From positions 1 to 64,000 of the IMG/VR virus record IMGVR_UViG_3300036792_000284: a stretch of DNA of 64,000 nt, one strand, 5' to 3'. Source of the DNA: a virus. The position numbers and the translations under genes were made by a program. Positions 1 to 9,058 of this stretch are shown here, one piece after another. The notes beneath the pieces are model-generated. The model saw only the letters and a program-made list of their open reading frames with translations, did not search any database and had not been told where the DNA came from. The stretch's first letter is position 1. Each line of letters opens with the position of its first letter.

Positions 1-53
1 GTCCAAGCCTCCGCACTCCCTTGCATTCCCGTGCAATCACCTTGATTCCGCCA

Positions 54-73
54 CTGTACGGTGAACGGTACAG
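54..73. promoter_or_regulatory. Inverted repeat CTGTAC-N8-GTACAG, candidate GntR operator
   Basis: Palindrome upstream of the GntR gene; a second TGTAC-containing half-site near 124-135; TGT..ACA boxes are typical of GntR/HutC operators. Confidence 0.4.
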
Positions 74-157
74 GTTCGCAAGATGTTCCCTTGAGGCTGG
101 TCATCGTCGAAGTAAAATCGGGCTGTACGTGTACTGACCGAATAACAGGAGGCCGCA

Positions 158-898
158 ATGCCTGAGGCCCGGCGCAGCGCACCGCTGTGGAAGCAGATCG
201 CCGACCACTACAAGGGGGAGATCCTGCGCGGCGAGCTGCGACAGGGCGACGCGCTCCCGTCCATCCGCGCCATCCGCGACGAGTGGCGGGTGTCCCAGTC
301 CGTCGCCCAGCAGGCCGTCAGCCACCTGCACCTGGCCGAGCGGCTGGTGCGCACCGACGCCACCGGCACCTACGTGGACGCCCCGCGCGCCGCGCTCGGC
401 CCGCAGCAGCGGATGCACCTGGCGGCGGCGCCGGCCTCGGAGGTGGTGACGGTGACGTCGGCCGGGCTGGTGCCGGCGCCGGACTACATCGTGCCGCTGC
501 TGAACCTGCCGGCCAGCGACGCGGTGGTGCTGCGCCGCGAGGAGATCACCCGGCGGCCCGACGGGTCCCCGCACATGCTGAGCGTCACCTGGTGCCCGCC
601 GTGGTTCACCGCGGTGGTGCCGGAGCTGACGGCCGAGGTCCCGCTGCCCGACCCGAAAGGCGCGGCGCACCTCATCGCCGCCCGCGCCGGGCTCGACCTC
701 GCCCAGCTGCACGGGGACATCGCGTTCGAGGCCCGCACGGCCAAGGAGGACGGGCGCGAGCGCCCGGCGCTGGACCTGGCACCGGGCGCGTACGTGCTGG
801 CCGGGGTGAGCGGCTGGCGGCTGGCCGGGGAGATGCTGGAGTACACCGAGTTCATCCTGCCGCCCGGCCAGGTCATCGAGGCGGACATCGAGCCGTAA
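158..898 (+). CDS. GntR-family transcriptional regulator (winged HTH + UTRA-like domain)
   Basis: N-term LWKQIADHYKGEILRGELRQGDALPSIRAI..W.VS HTH; C-terminal UTRA-like region; RBS aggagg. Confidence 0.85.
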   Translation: MPEARRSAPLWKQIADHYKGEILRGELRQGDALPSIRAIRDEWRVSQSVAQQAVSHLHLAERLVRTDATGTYVDAPRAALGPQQRMHLAAAPASEVVTVTSAGLVPAPDYIVPLLNLPASDAVVLRREEITRRPDGSPHMLSVTWCPPWFTAVVPELTAEVPLPDPKGAAHLIAARAGLDLAQLHGDIAFEARTAKEDGRERPALDLAPGAYVLAGVSGWRLAGEMLEYTEFILPPGQVIEADIEP

Positions 899-932
899 GC
901 TGGAAGCGGCGCTTGACGGGGCCGCTCAGCAC

Positions 933-971
933 AAGAACCCGCACCTTTGGCGAGGTGCGGGTTCTTTATTT
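933..971. terminator. Intrinsic terminator between convergent genes
   Basis: aagaacccgcacc-tttggcga-ggtgcgggttctt hairpin followed by T-rich tract. Confidence 0.75.
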
Positions 972-984
972 TCCCAGTACCGGG

Positions 985-1260
985 TTACGCGGCGGCAGCC
1001 TCCGCTAGCCGGGCACCCAGGCCGAGCACGCGGTCTCCCCATTTCCGGGCGTAGACCGGGCAGTTGGCGCAGGTGCTCGGCTGGCCGACGTACCTGCCCC
1101 GCTGCCGCATGTGCGAGCACTCCGGAAGCCGGGTCCCCCGCCGGGCGTCCACGCTCCAGGCGGCGGAGTCGTGCGAGGCGATGTTCGGCCAGACGAACGG
1201 CAAGCCGGTCAGCTTCAGCCCGAACCAGTGCAGCGGCAAGTTCAGGCCGGCCAGGCCGGC
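985..1260 (-). pseudogene. C-terminal remnant of a DpdA/TGT-like (DUF7221-type) deazapurine DNA-modification protein
   Basis: LHWFGLKLTGL..IASHDSAAWSVDARR..LPECSH..CANCPVYARKWGDRVL matches the family C-terminus as I recall it; N-terminal ~60% absent; no good start. Confidence 0.6.
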
Positions 1261-1295
1261 GTGGCCAGGCGGCCCTTGCCGAAGGTGCGGGCTCT

Positions 1296-1574
1296 TTACT
1301 TTCCCCAGGAGGGCCTCACCAGGCCGAGCTTCTTCAGCCGCCGGGCCCGCCAGCGGTTCATGCTGCTCGCCCCGCACACGCCAGGGCCAGGGACGGCCGA
1401 GTGCACCGGGAGCACGCCGCCGGGCTTCAGCTCCAGGTAACAGCCGCAGAACGCGCAACGGTCGGCCTGGCGCGTCACCACAAGCTCTTCGCCAGCCTCC
1501 GCCAGAACACCAGCAGGGCAGTGCCGATGCCGACAAGTGCCGCACTCAGCAAGGCGATGACGAGCCATCCCCAC
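1296..1574 (-). CDS. Hypothetical Cys-rich (Zn-binding) protein
   Basis: CxxC motifs (CGTC, CAFC); overlaps upstream gene. Confidence 0.55.
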   Translation of the reverse strand: MGMARHRLAECGTCRHRHCPAGVLAEAGEELVVTRQADRCAFCGCYLELKPGGVLPVHSAVPGPGVCGASSMNRWRARRLKKLGLVRPSWGK

Positions 1575-1764
1575 CAGGGCATAACGGCTGCTCCCCCAGG
1601 TACAGCTTCAGGGCGTTGAGCGCGCGGACCGCCCGCAGCCGGCAGTCGCAGATGAGGCCGCCGCGGGGGCAGGACTGCGAGCAGTCCCCCTCCAGGGCAG
1701 CCATCGTCCGCCCCACCGCCGCCCGGGCCTCGTCGCTGTCCAGCTCGGGCATCAGCCGAGCCAT
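1546..1764 (-). CDS. Hypothetical protein
   Basis: MARLMPELD start; coupled to neighbours. Confidence 0.5.
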   Translation of the reverse strand: MARLMPELDSDEARAAVGRTMAALEGDCSQSCPRGGLICDCRLRAVRALNALKLYLGEQPLCPGGDGSSSPC

Positions 1765-2006
1765 ACAGTCACGTGTGCCTGGCCGCACCCGTCTGCGCAC
1801 GGCCACTCAACCGCGGCCACGACACCGGGAGGAAGTTCTGCGTCAGGAACCCGGGCAGCTCCCGGGCGTTTCATCATCTCGCCCACCGGCTGCTGAACCT
1901 TAGGGACCGCCGGGCACCCGGCCGCTGCGCCCCCGAGGGGAATCTCACGTGCCCGTCGCGCCTTGCGGCGCGCTGCGCTGGCCGCACGTGCGCTGCGCTG
2001 GCCCAT
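1752..2006 (-). CDS. Hypothetical protein
   Basis: ATGA overlap with stop of 2006..2518 gene. Confidence 0.4.
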   Translation of the reverse strand: MGQRSARAASAARRKARRAREIPLGGAAAGCPAVPKVQQPVGEMMKRPGAARVPDAELPPGVVAAVEWPCADGCGQAHVTVWLG

Positions 2007-2518
2007 CAGATGGTCCCGAAGCGGCCGAAGTCGGGGATCGGGTCCGCGGTCAGGCACGTCCAGATGTGCGCCACCTCGCCTATGTTCACGTGGCTGGCCG
2101 CCGGGGCCACCACCTGCACGCCGGCCAGGCCCGGGTACATCAGCCACTGCATGTCGCGCAGCGTCTCCCAGCCGGGCAGCACGTTCCCCCGGCGCGACAT
2201 GGAGAAGTGGCCCCACAGGTGGCCGTCGGTCTCGCGGCCGACGGAGTGGATCATCTTCATCCCCCGGCCCGGGTGCGCCCACCAGCCGGCCCCGTCGGTG
2301 CCCTCGGACACCTGCAGCCAGCCGCCGCGGCGCAGCCGGTCGCGCTGGCCCGGGTAGTCGCCCTTCCAGCGGGCCTGCAGCTGCCCGTCGGCCAGGGCGG
2401 CCTCGTGCACGGCGACGACCTCCGGCCGGGCCGCGGTCTGCGCGAACGCGAGCTGCGCCTTCGCCCGCTCGACGTCGGTGACTTCCCGGCGCATCTTCTT
2501 CAGCTTCGCTTGTCCCAT
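2006..2518 (-). CDS. Conserved phage hypothetical protein (DUF7694-like)
   Basis: H(F/L)SMSRR..LPGWETL..Q..APAASHVNI.EVAHIW pattern seen in phage hypotheticals. Confidence 0.6.
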   Translation of the reverse strand: MGQAKLKKMRREVTDVERAKAQLAFAQTAARPEVVAVHEAALADGQLQARWKGDYPGQRDRLRRGGWLQVSEGTDGAGWWAHPGRGMKMIHSVGRETDGHLWGHFSMSRRGNVLPGWETLRDMQWLMYPGLAGVQVVAPAASHVNIGEVAHIWTCLTADPIPDFGRFGTI

Positions 2519-2529
2519 GCCCGGTTACT

Positions 2530-2915
2530 ACGGCTCAGCCGCACCCCCGACGCCGGGCACACGGGGGCCCGAATTGCCATGCCGGGGCATGGCTCGCCCC
2601 CTACCCCACGATTCGAACAAAAATGATCCCGTTCGAATGCGAGGCGGTGGCCCGTGCCCCGGCTGTCTGTCGCCGTCCGCATGGGGAGAGCTGCCCCAAG
2701 GCTTCTCCACCAGTACCCACGCCAAACAGGTCGACGGCCTGCCCATTCAAAACGCGAAAGGCGGCGGTGTCGTTGTTTGGTTGTACGGGTACTGGTCTCG
2801 CCGCAGAGCATAGCAAAGGCCCTCGCGTTGAGACCAGTACCTGCAACCGAATGACACAGCCGCCTGAACTGACACGAGGGCCTTCACCCAAGGATAGAGC
2901 AATCTCTCCCCTGCG
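2530..2915 (+). ncRNA. Putative large structured RNA or cis-element (long hairpin plus pseudoknot)
   Basis: ~35-bp interrupted stem 2760-2864 with G-U pairs on the + strand; loop 2816-2825 complementary to 2875-2884; GNRA-capped hairpins; no credible ORF. Confidence 0.45.
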
Positions 2916-2920
2916 GCCAC

Positions 2921-3535
2921 TCATGAGAGTTCCACGACTGTCCGGAACACCCAGGCCACGCCGGGTTCCTTCAGCCCGTAGCCCTGCGGGCTGGCCTTTC
3001 GATTGACCATGACCGGCTGCTCCCCGCCGTAAGCGCCGTGCAGCGCGTGGTGCGGCGCCGGCCGCCCCGGCCCCGACGCCCAGCACCACTCGCGCCACTC
3101 GAAGCAGGCCTCCGACTCGGTGAACGTGGCCTGCCCCTCGATCGCCAGCCCGTTGGCCCGCGGGTAGCCCTGGTCCATCGGCCGGTACCAGGACCGGCCC
3201 GGCTCCTCGCCCAGGGCACGGCTCAGGTGCACGTGCTCGCGGTCGAACGGCGTGTCGTCGGACCCCACCCCGAACACCGCGCGGCCGGGCGACAGCGGGT
3301 GGCCGGTCACCTCCCCGGTCAGCACGCGGGACAGGTTCAGCAGGCCGGCCACCGTCAGCCCGTTGCCCTCGTCGTGCAGCGTCCCGTCTTCGGGCTCCGG
3401 AAAAACGTGGTGCAGCATTTCCCCGGTCAGCGGGCCGCCCAGGCGCCGCCGGAACCGTGCCACCTGGGCGACGCTGTACTTCTCAATCGCGATCCGCGGA
3501 TACCAGCGGAGCCCCTCCCGGGCGACAGCTTCCAT
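2921..3535 (-). CDS. Putative virion/tail-associated protein (paralog of 10678..11370 and 35859..36539)
   Basis: Shared N.L...G..G.G..D..L..A.F...EA.F.W.E...N.K..G.K..W pattern; leaderless CCGATCAA-N6-ATG. Confidence 0.65.
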   Translation of the reverse strand: MEAVAREGLRWYPRIAIEKYSVAQVARFRRRLGGPLTGEMLHHVFPEPEDGTLHDEGNGLTVAGLLNLSRVLTGEVTGHPLSPGRAVFGVGSDDTPFDREHVHLSRALGEEPGRSWYRPMDQGYPRANGLAIEGQATFTESEACFEWREWCWASGPGRPAPHHALHGAYGGEQPVMVNRKASPQGYGLKEPGVAWVFRTVVELS

Positions 3536-3719
3536 GCCGCCTTGATCGGTTGCCAGGCTGCGCCCGTCTCTTGCATTCAGGTAAGCACCGGGTACAGCGG
3601 GTGACCCGGTGTTAGGCTCCGCGTTATGCCCGGGTTGCGTACAACCGGGCGTAGTAAGGGGAAATCGCACACACTCGGGCGGCGGACCGTGCTGTCCCGT
3701 GTCAGGGAGGGACAGCACG

Positions 3720-4373
3720 ATGACCATGAACCGAAGTACCGAACTGCTGACCGGCGACCGCCTCACCGCGGAAGAGGCTGACAACGTCCGGTTCCCCTGG
3801 ACCCTGCGCGGCTACGGGCCCGCGAGCGTCGAGCGGTTCTGCCGCCGGGTCGCCGAGGAGCTGGAGCGGCAGGACCGGGCGCTGGCCGACCGGGCCACCG
3901 AGCAGCGGGAACTGGAAGCCGAGATCGAGCGGCTGAACGGGGAGCTGGCGGCAGCCGGAGCCTCGCTGCCGAACGAGCAGCAGGCAGTGGCCATCTTGCG
4001 AATGGCCCAGCAGAACGCGGACGCCCACGTCGCCCAGGCCCGGCAGCAGGCCGAGCGGGGCCTGGCCGAGGCACGGCACCAGCATGACCAGATCATGCAG
4101 CACGCGCACCAGCAGGCCGGCGGGATACTGACGTCCGCGAAAGAGCAGGCCGACGCCATCGTGGCCGCCGCGCGCGAGCAGGCGGCAGTCGAGCGGAAGG
4201 TCATTGTCGACGGCGCCACCGAGCAGGCCCGGCGCGAGGTCGATCACCTCATGCGGCTGGCGGCCGAGGTGCGCGAGGCGCTGCGCACCGGCACGGACAC
4301 GCTGTTCCAGCAGGTGGCGGAGTGGAGCCAGCAGGTGAACGACGGGGCCCCGAAAGAGGTCGCCGCGCCCTAG
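3720..4373 (+). CDS. DivIVA-domain coiled-coil protein
   Basis: LTAEEADNVRFPWTLRGYGPASVERFCRRVAEEL is a DivIVA N-terminal motif followed by long coiled coil; RBS gggagg. Confidence 0.8.
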   Translation: MTMNRSTELLTGDRLTAEEADNVRFPWTLRGYGPASVERFCRRVAEELERQDRALADRATEQRELEAEIERLNGELAAAGASLPNEQQAVAILRMAQQNADAHVAQARQQAERGLAEARHQHDQIMQHAHQQAGGILTSAKEQADAIVAAAREQAAVERKVIVDGATEQARREVDHLMRLAAEVREALRTGTDTLFQQVAEWSQQVNDGAPKEVAAP

Positions 4374-7300
4374 TCCAGCGGGACGAAGACGTGGAAGAAA
4401 ATCTCCTTGTTCGCCGCCTCGATGCCGATTACCTCGGCCTGCCCGGCGTTGTTGATGAACAGCCACGGGGTCGAAGGCGAGTTGGACGTCACCGGGTCGT
4501 TCCACGTGGCCGTGTAGGACGCCGACACTGACGGGATGTACCCGGACGGCAGCGTGAAGAAGAAGCTGTTGCCGGTGGCGGTGGCGTGGATGATGTCGCC
4601 CTGGATCTCGACCATCCCGCCGGCGAGCGGCAGCAGCCGGTACCGGACGCCGTTGAGGACGCCGCTGCCCGCCCAGCCGTTGATCAGCGTCGCCGTCTGC
4701 CAGTTCTCCGGCTGCGCCGGGTTCGTGTGGCTGGTGCCCGTCCCGGGGTGCGTCCCGTCGATCCGGCTGGCCTGCAGCGATACGCCCTCCGGCCCGAGGC
4801 TGAGCATGACCCACGCGACGTTGCTGGGGTCGATGAAGCGCATGTAAAGGTGCGCAGGGGTGGTCCCGCCGGCTCCGGTGAACGAGTTCAGGAGCATCTG
4901 CACCGAGTCGGTGAAGCCGGCCTGGGCCAGGGCCGGGCCGGAGATGGCCATCTGCCCGGTGCTGCTGCCGCTGGAGGCGGCGATATTCGGCGGGCCGTTG
5001 AAAAACGCGGTCGGGTACAGCGGGAACTGCAGCTCGGCCGGGGTCCCCGGGCCGCCCGCCGCCGGGACCAGCGCCACCTGCGGGGTTGACCCGGCCGAGT
5101 TGCCGACGGTGAGGCCCTCGATGAAGGCGTTGCCGAACGAGTCTGTACCCGCCGACGCGGCGAACGACATAATCAGGTTGCCCGCCGCCGGGGTGCCCGA
5201 GTAGGCGAGGAACTCCCCGCTCGTGCCGGTCGCGACGAACGTCGCGCCGGTGATGGTGGTGCCGTTGATGATGCCGGCCACCACGATGCCTGCCGCCAGC
5301 TTCGCCGCGGTGATGGTGTTGGCGGCGATCTGGGCGGCGGTGATGGTGCTGGCGGCGATCTGCGTGGCGGTGATGGTCGCCGACGCGATCTGGCTGGCGG
5401 TGATGGTGTTGGCGGCGATCTGCGCTGCCGTGATCGTGTTGGCGGCGATCTGGCCGGCGGTGATGGTGTTGGCGGCGATCTGCGCGGCGGCGACCGAGTT
5501 GGCCACCAGCAGCTGGCCGGGCACCTGCCCGGCGGCGACCGCGCCGAGCACCCAGACCGTGACGCCGGAGGCGGTCGGCCCGATGACCTGGTAGGCGCTG
5601 GTCACCCCGCCGGGGGTGGTCTGCACGGTGGTCACCGGCGTCCAGATGTTCGGCGGGACCGACACTGTGACGGTGCCGCCGGCCCAGTTGAACCCGATGG
5701 CCACGTTCACCGCGGAACCGCCCGGGTTGAAGACCCAGGCCGTCATCGCGTACGGGTCCCCGGCCGTCACCGGGAACGGCGCGGGCGAGCCGGTGATGAG
5801 GCAGTTCGCCGAGGTGGACGCGACCCGGGCGGCGAACTGCGCGGCGCCGGGCGCGCCGACGGGCGGCGCGGCGGCCGACAGCGAGCCGTTGACGACCACC
5901 CACCCGGTCAGGTCCCCGCCGTTGAAAAACGGGTTCGGGTTGAGCGCGACCCCGGCGCTGTTGCCGATGAGGCTGGCCGGCATCTGCCCGGTGAGGTCGG
6001 ACGTCGGCAGCCCGACCACGGCCACGCTCACCGCCGTGGTGGGGACCGACGCCAGGCCCGCGGTGCTGACCGCCACCAGCTTCACGTAGTAGGTGGCGCT
6101 GACGGTCAGCCCCGACACCGACAGCGTGCCCGCCGTCGCCAGCGTGCCCACCAGGGAGGCGACGCTGGGCACGAAGCTGGCCGAGGTGCCGATGAACACC
6201 TGCACGTACTGGAAGTTGGCCAGCGGCGCGCTGCCGGCCAGCAGGCCGTCCCAGGCCACCTGCAGGCCCTGCACGATGCCGATGACCGAGGGCTGGTCCG
6301 GGGTGGCGGGCGGCGTGCCGCCGCTGTCCACCGCGGTGACCGTGCCGTCGCCCTGCAGGCCGACGGTGGTGGTGGCGCCGTTGGCGGTCACCGTCACGGA
6401 GACGTCGGTGAGGGTGGCCGAGCCGTTCGGGGTCTGCACCGTGACCGGCAGCATCTTCCCGCTCACCGGGTCGGTGGTGCCGGCGTGCTGGTACTGGCCG
6501 GTGGCCGGGTTGTAGACCAGCGGCGTGCTGGCCATGGTGGACCCGGCCGAGGCCCCGGCGACGTCGGCCAGGCTGCCCAGCGTGGCGGCCGGGGTGAAGT
6601 AGGTGGGCACCTGGCCGGTGCCGTACTTGGACGGCGCGACCGGGGAGGTGCCGAGCGCGAAGACGAACTTGCCGCCCAGCTTGTTGGCCAGGTAGGTGAG
6701 TTGCTCGGCCAGCCACTGGATGTAGCTCAGGAAGGTCAGTTCGTGCGTCTCGGTGCCGGTGCTGTCGACCGACACCGCGATGCCCACCACGCGCGCCGTG
6801 TCCACGCCGGAGAAGTCCGGCCGCTCCATGCCCACCCAGTCGCCGACGTCAAAGTTATCGAAGATCGTCTTGCCGGGCAGATTGGGAACGAGGGTGAAGG
6901 TCCAGGACAGGATCTCGGTTTCGTTCTGTGCCAGCGCGGCGGCGGACGCGAACGTCATCGACTGCGGGTCGACCTGCACCGCGGCCTGGAACCAGGCCTC
7001 GCGCTGCCCCCACTCGGCGATGAACGTGGGGCTGGAGGCGGATATCTCGTGCCCGTCGGCGTTCTCCCCGCCGAGCAGGGTGGTGATCTGGTTGCGCGCC
7101 CGGACCCGCTGCCGGGACGCGACGTCATGGCCCTCGCGGAAGATCAGGTAGTTCGAGCGGTCTACGCCGAGGGCCACCTGCCCGGGGGCCGGCTGGCCCA
7201 CCCGGAGCTGGAAGCCGGGGTCCATCACGTAGTCCGCGTTGACTACCGAGACCGCCGACTGGAGGAACGAGTACAGGTCGGTGCCGTTGGTCGCCTGCAC

Positions 7301-9016
7301 GTTCTGGATGTCCGCCCAGGCCCGCCCGTAGGAGTCGGCCGCGGCGGTGACGTTGGAGGTGATGAACGGGATGGTGCCGCGGCCCTGCGCCAAGTTGAAC
7401 TGGTCGAGCCACACCCCCATCAGCGGCACGTTCAGGTAGATCGCGCCCTGGTAGCTGGGCGTGGTGACGTTGGAGTTCAGGTTGGTGATCTGGGCCGACT
7501 TGGTGAAGTCGACGTCGTAGTAGGCGTCGACCACGAACCGCATGAACGTCGCGTCCCAGGAGTGCACGTACGTCCACTGCAGGGTCCACCCCTGGCCGTC
7601 GGAGCTGGTCCAGAAGTAGAACGTGCCCGGGCCGCCGCCGCTGCCGGCCTGCTCGGTGATCATCCAGTACGCGTGGTTGGTGCTGTCGTAGGGCGGCAGC
7701 GCCTTGGTGAAGCTGCCCTCCGGCCCGCCCGCCTGCGCGTAGAAGAGGTCGCGGGACAGCGCGATCATCGCGTAGTTGTTGTCGCTGTGCAGCGACTGGA
7801 TGTAGAACTGCGTCAGCTCGGACCCGTCCAGCCCGGTGCCGTAGGGCTGCGGGCTGGAGGAGTCGGTGGTGGTGCCCGCCAGTCCGACCGGGGTCACCTG
7901 CGCGGAGATGAGCGTGTCGGTGGCGTCCCACGGGAAGCTGCCCAGGAACGTGCCGGCCGGCCGGGCCTCCAGGGTCAGCGAGCCCGACGGGAACAGGGTG
8001 CCCAGGTTGTAGCCGACCCCGCCCGGGTAGCTGTAGATGTTGGCGATCGGCGTGATGAAGATGTGGTCGGCCGGGTCGGGGTGGTTCCAGATGTTGGTGT
8101 CGAGCACCGGGTTGCCGTTGACGTCGACCTCGTCAAAGGAGTCGAGCAGCCCGTCCAGCTTCAGCACGATGTCGGGGAAGCCCTGCGGGGCGATCATCGC
8201 CCACTTGAGGGCGGCGATGGTGCCCGGCCCGGTAATAGTGACCTGGCGCTGCTCGCTAGGGTCTACTAGCTGTTCGGTTATGGTCTCGCCGAGGTACTCG
8301 AACCGGGCCACGCCGTCCTTGTAGAACTGCCACAGGCACTCCTCGTCCAGCAGCGTCGAGGTCGGCAGCCCGCCGGGCAGCGTGACCGTCGTCCACCACG
8401 GGTCGTCCAGCGACAGCACCACGGTGCCGGACCCGATGTCGTTGAGCTGGCGGACGAACTGGAAGTTCAGCAGCATGCTCTGCGGGATGACGGCCAGCAG
8501 CGTGACGTAGTCCAGCCCTGAGCGGACGACGATCTCCCAGCTGTTGCCGACCGCCGACGGGGCGACGGACGCGGCGCCGGCCGGGCCGCCCTGGTAGCCG
8601 GCCGGGTTCACCTGGGTGGCGACAAAGCTGGGCAGGGTGCCGCCGAAGCTGGGCGCCGCGCTGCCGTGGGCGGACGTCATCGCGTCGGCGGCGCCGGCGG
8701 TGTCGCGCAGGGCGACAGTGGCGGCGGGCACCGTCCGCGCGTCGGTCGCGGCGGCGGTGTCGTGCAGCGGGACGGAGACGCTGACCGTGAGGGCGTCAGC
8801 CACGCCCGCGGTGTCGGCGAAAGAGACAGGACTGCCGGACACCATCGCGTCGGCGGCGCCGGCGGTGTCGCTCAGCGGGGCGGAGACGGCAACCGACAGG
8901 GCGTCAGTCGCGCCCGCGACGTCGGCCTCTGCGACCGAGGCCGTCGTCGCTCCCAGCTGGGCCGGGCGGACGATCTTGTAGTTGCTCGCGGGCCTGCTGC
9001 GGCCTAGCCGGGACAC
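4370..9016 (-). CDS. Large minor tail / baseplate hub-tail fibre fusion protein (1548 aa)
   Basis: Siphovirus hub-like N-half, FN3-like segment, AANTITAAQI repeats, fibre-like C-terminus; downstream of the Dit gene. Confidence 0.75.
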   Translation of the reverse strand: MSRLGRSRPASNYKIVRPAQLGATTASVAEADVAGATDALSVAVSAPLSDTAGAADAMVSGSPVSFADTAGVADALTVSVSVPLHDTAAATDARTVPAATVALRDTAGAADAMTSAHGSAAPSFGGTLPSFVATQVNPAGYQGGPAGAASVAPSAVGNSWEIVVRSGLDYVTLLAVIPQSMLLNFQFVRQLNDIGSGTVVLSLDDPWWTTVTLPGGLPTSTLLDEECLWQFYKDGVARFEYLGETITEQLVDPSEQRQVTITGPGTIAALKWAMIAPQGFPDIVLKLDGLLDSFDEVDVNGNPVLDTNIWNHPDPADHIFITPIANIYSYPGGVGYNLGTLFPSGSLTLEARPAGTFLGSFPWDATDTLISAQVTPVGLAGTTTDSSSPQPYGTGLDGSELTQFYIQSLHSDNNYAMIALSRDLFYAQAGGPEGSFTKALPPYDSTNHAYWMITEQAGSGGGPGTFYFWTSSDGQGWTLQWTYVHSWDATFMRFVVDAYYDVDFTKSAQITNLNSNVTTPSYQGAIYLNVPLMGVWLDQFNLAQGRGTIPFITSNVTAAADSYGRAWADIQNVQATNGTDLYSFLQSAVSVVNADYVMDPGFQLRVGQPAPGQVALGVDRSNYLIFREGHDVASRQRVRARNQITTLLGGENADGHEISASSPTFIAEWGQREAWFQAAVQVDPQSMTFASAAALAQNETEILSWTFTLVPNLPGKTIFDNFDVGDWVGMERPDFSGVDTARVVGIAVSVDSTGTETHELTFLSYIQWLAEQLTYLANKLGGKFVFALGTSPVAPSKYGTGQVPTYFTPAATLGSLADVAGASAGSTMASTPLVYNPATGQYQHAGTTDPVSGKMLPVTVQTPNGSATLTDVSVTVTANGATTTVGLQGDGTVTAVDSGGTPPATPDQPSVIGIVQGLQVAWDGLLAGSAPLANFQYVQVFIGTSASFVPSVASLVGTLATAGTLSVSGLTVSATYYVKLVAVSTAGLASVPTTAVSVAVVGLPTSDLTGQMPASLIGNSAGVALNPNPFFNGGDLTGWVVVNGSLSAAAPPVGAPGAAQFAARVASTSANCLITGSPAPFPVTAGDPYAMTAWVFNPGGSAVNVAIGFNWAGGTVTVSVPPNIWTPVTTVQTTPGGVTSAYQVIGPTASGVTVWVLGAVAAGQVPGQLLVANSVAAAQIAANTITAGQIAANTITAAQIAANTITASQIASATITATQIAASTITAAQIAANTITAAKLAAGIVVAGIINGTTITGATFVATGTSGEFLAYSGTPAAGNLIMSFAASAGTDSFGNAFIEGLTVGNSAGSTPQVALVPAAGGPGTPAELQFPLYPTAFFNGPPNIAASSGSSTGQMAISGPALAQAGFTDSVQMLLNSFTGAGGTTPAHLYMRFIDPSNVAWVMLSLGPEGVSLQASRIDGTHPGTGTSHTNPAQPENWQTATLINGWAGSGVLNGVRYRLLPLAGGMVEIQGDIIHATATGNSFFFTLPSGYIPSVSASYTATWNDPVTSNSPSTPWLFINNAGQAEVIGIEAANKEIFFHVFVPLD
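5300..5490 (-). repeat. 30-bp coding tandem repeat (AANTITAAQI x ~6-7)
   Basis: ggtgatggtgttggcggcgatctg repeats. Confidence 0.85.
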
Positions 9017-9058
9017 TGCTCACCTCCTCACGGCACCGGGGAACTGCTAAGCGGTCGG

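Noticed and set aside
3702-6716. 1004-aa minus-strand ORF and many other long alternative-frame/antisense ORFs (e.g. 12164..14005, 14715..16496, 37978..39528, 43769..45484)
   Set aside because: Arg/Gly/Pro-rich shadow frames of real genes caused by high GC3; no motifs or RBS
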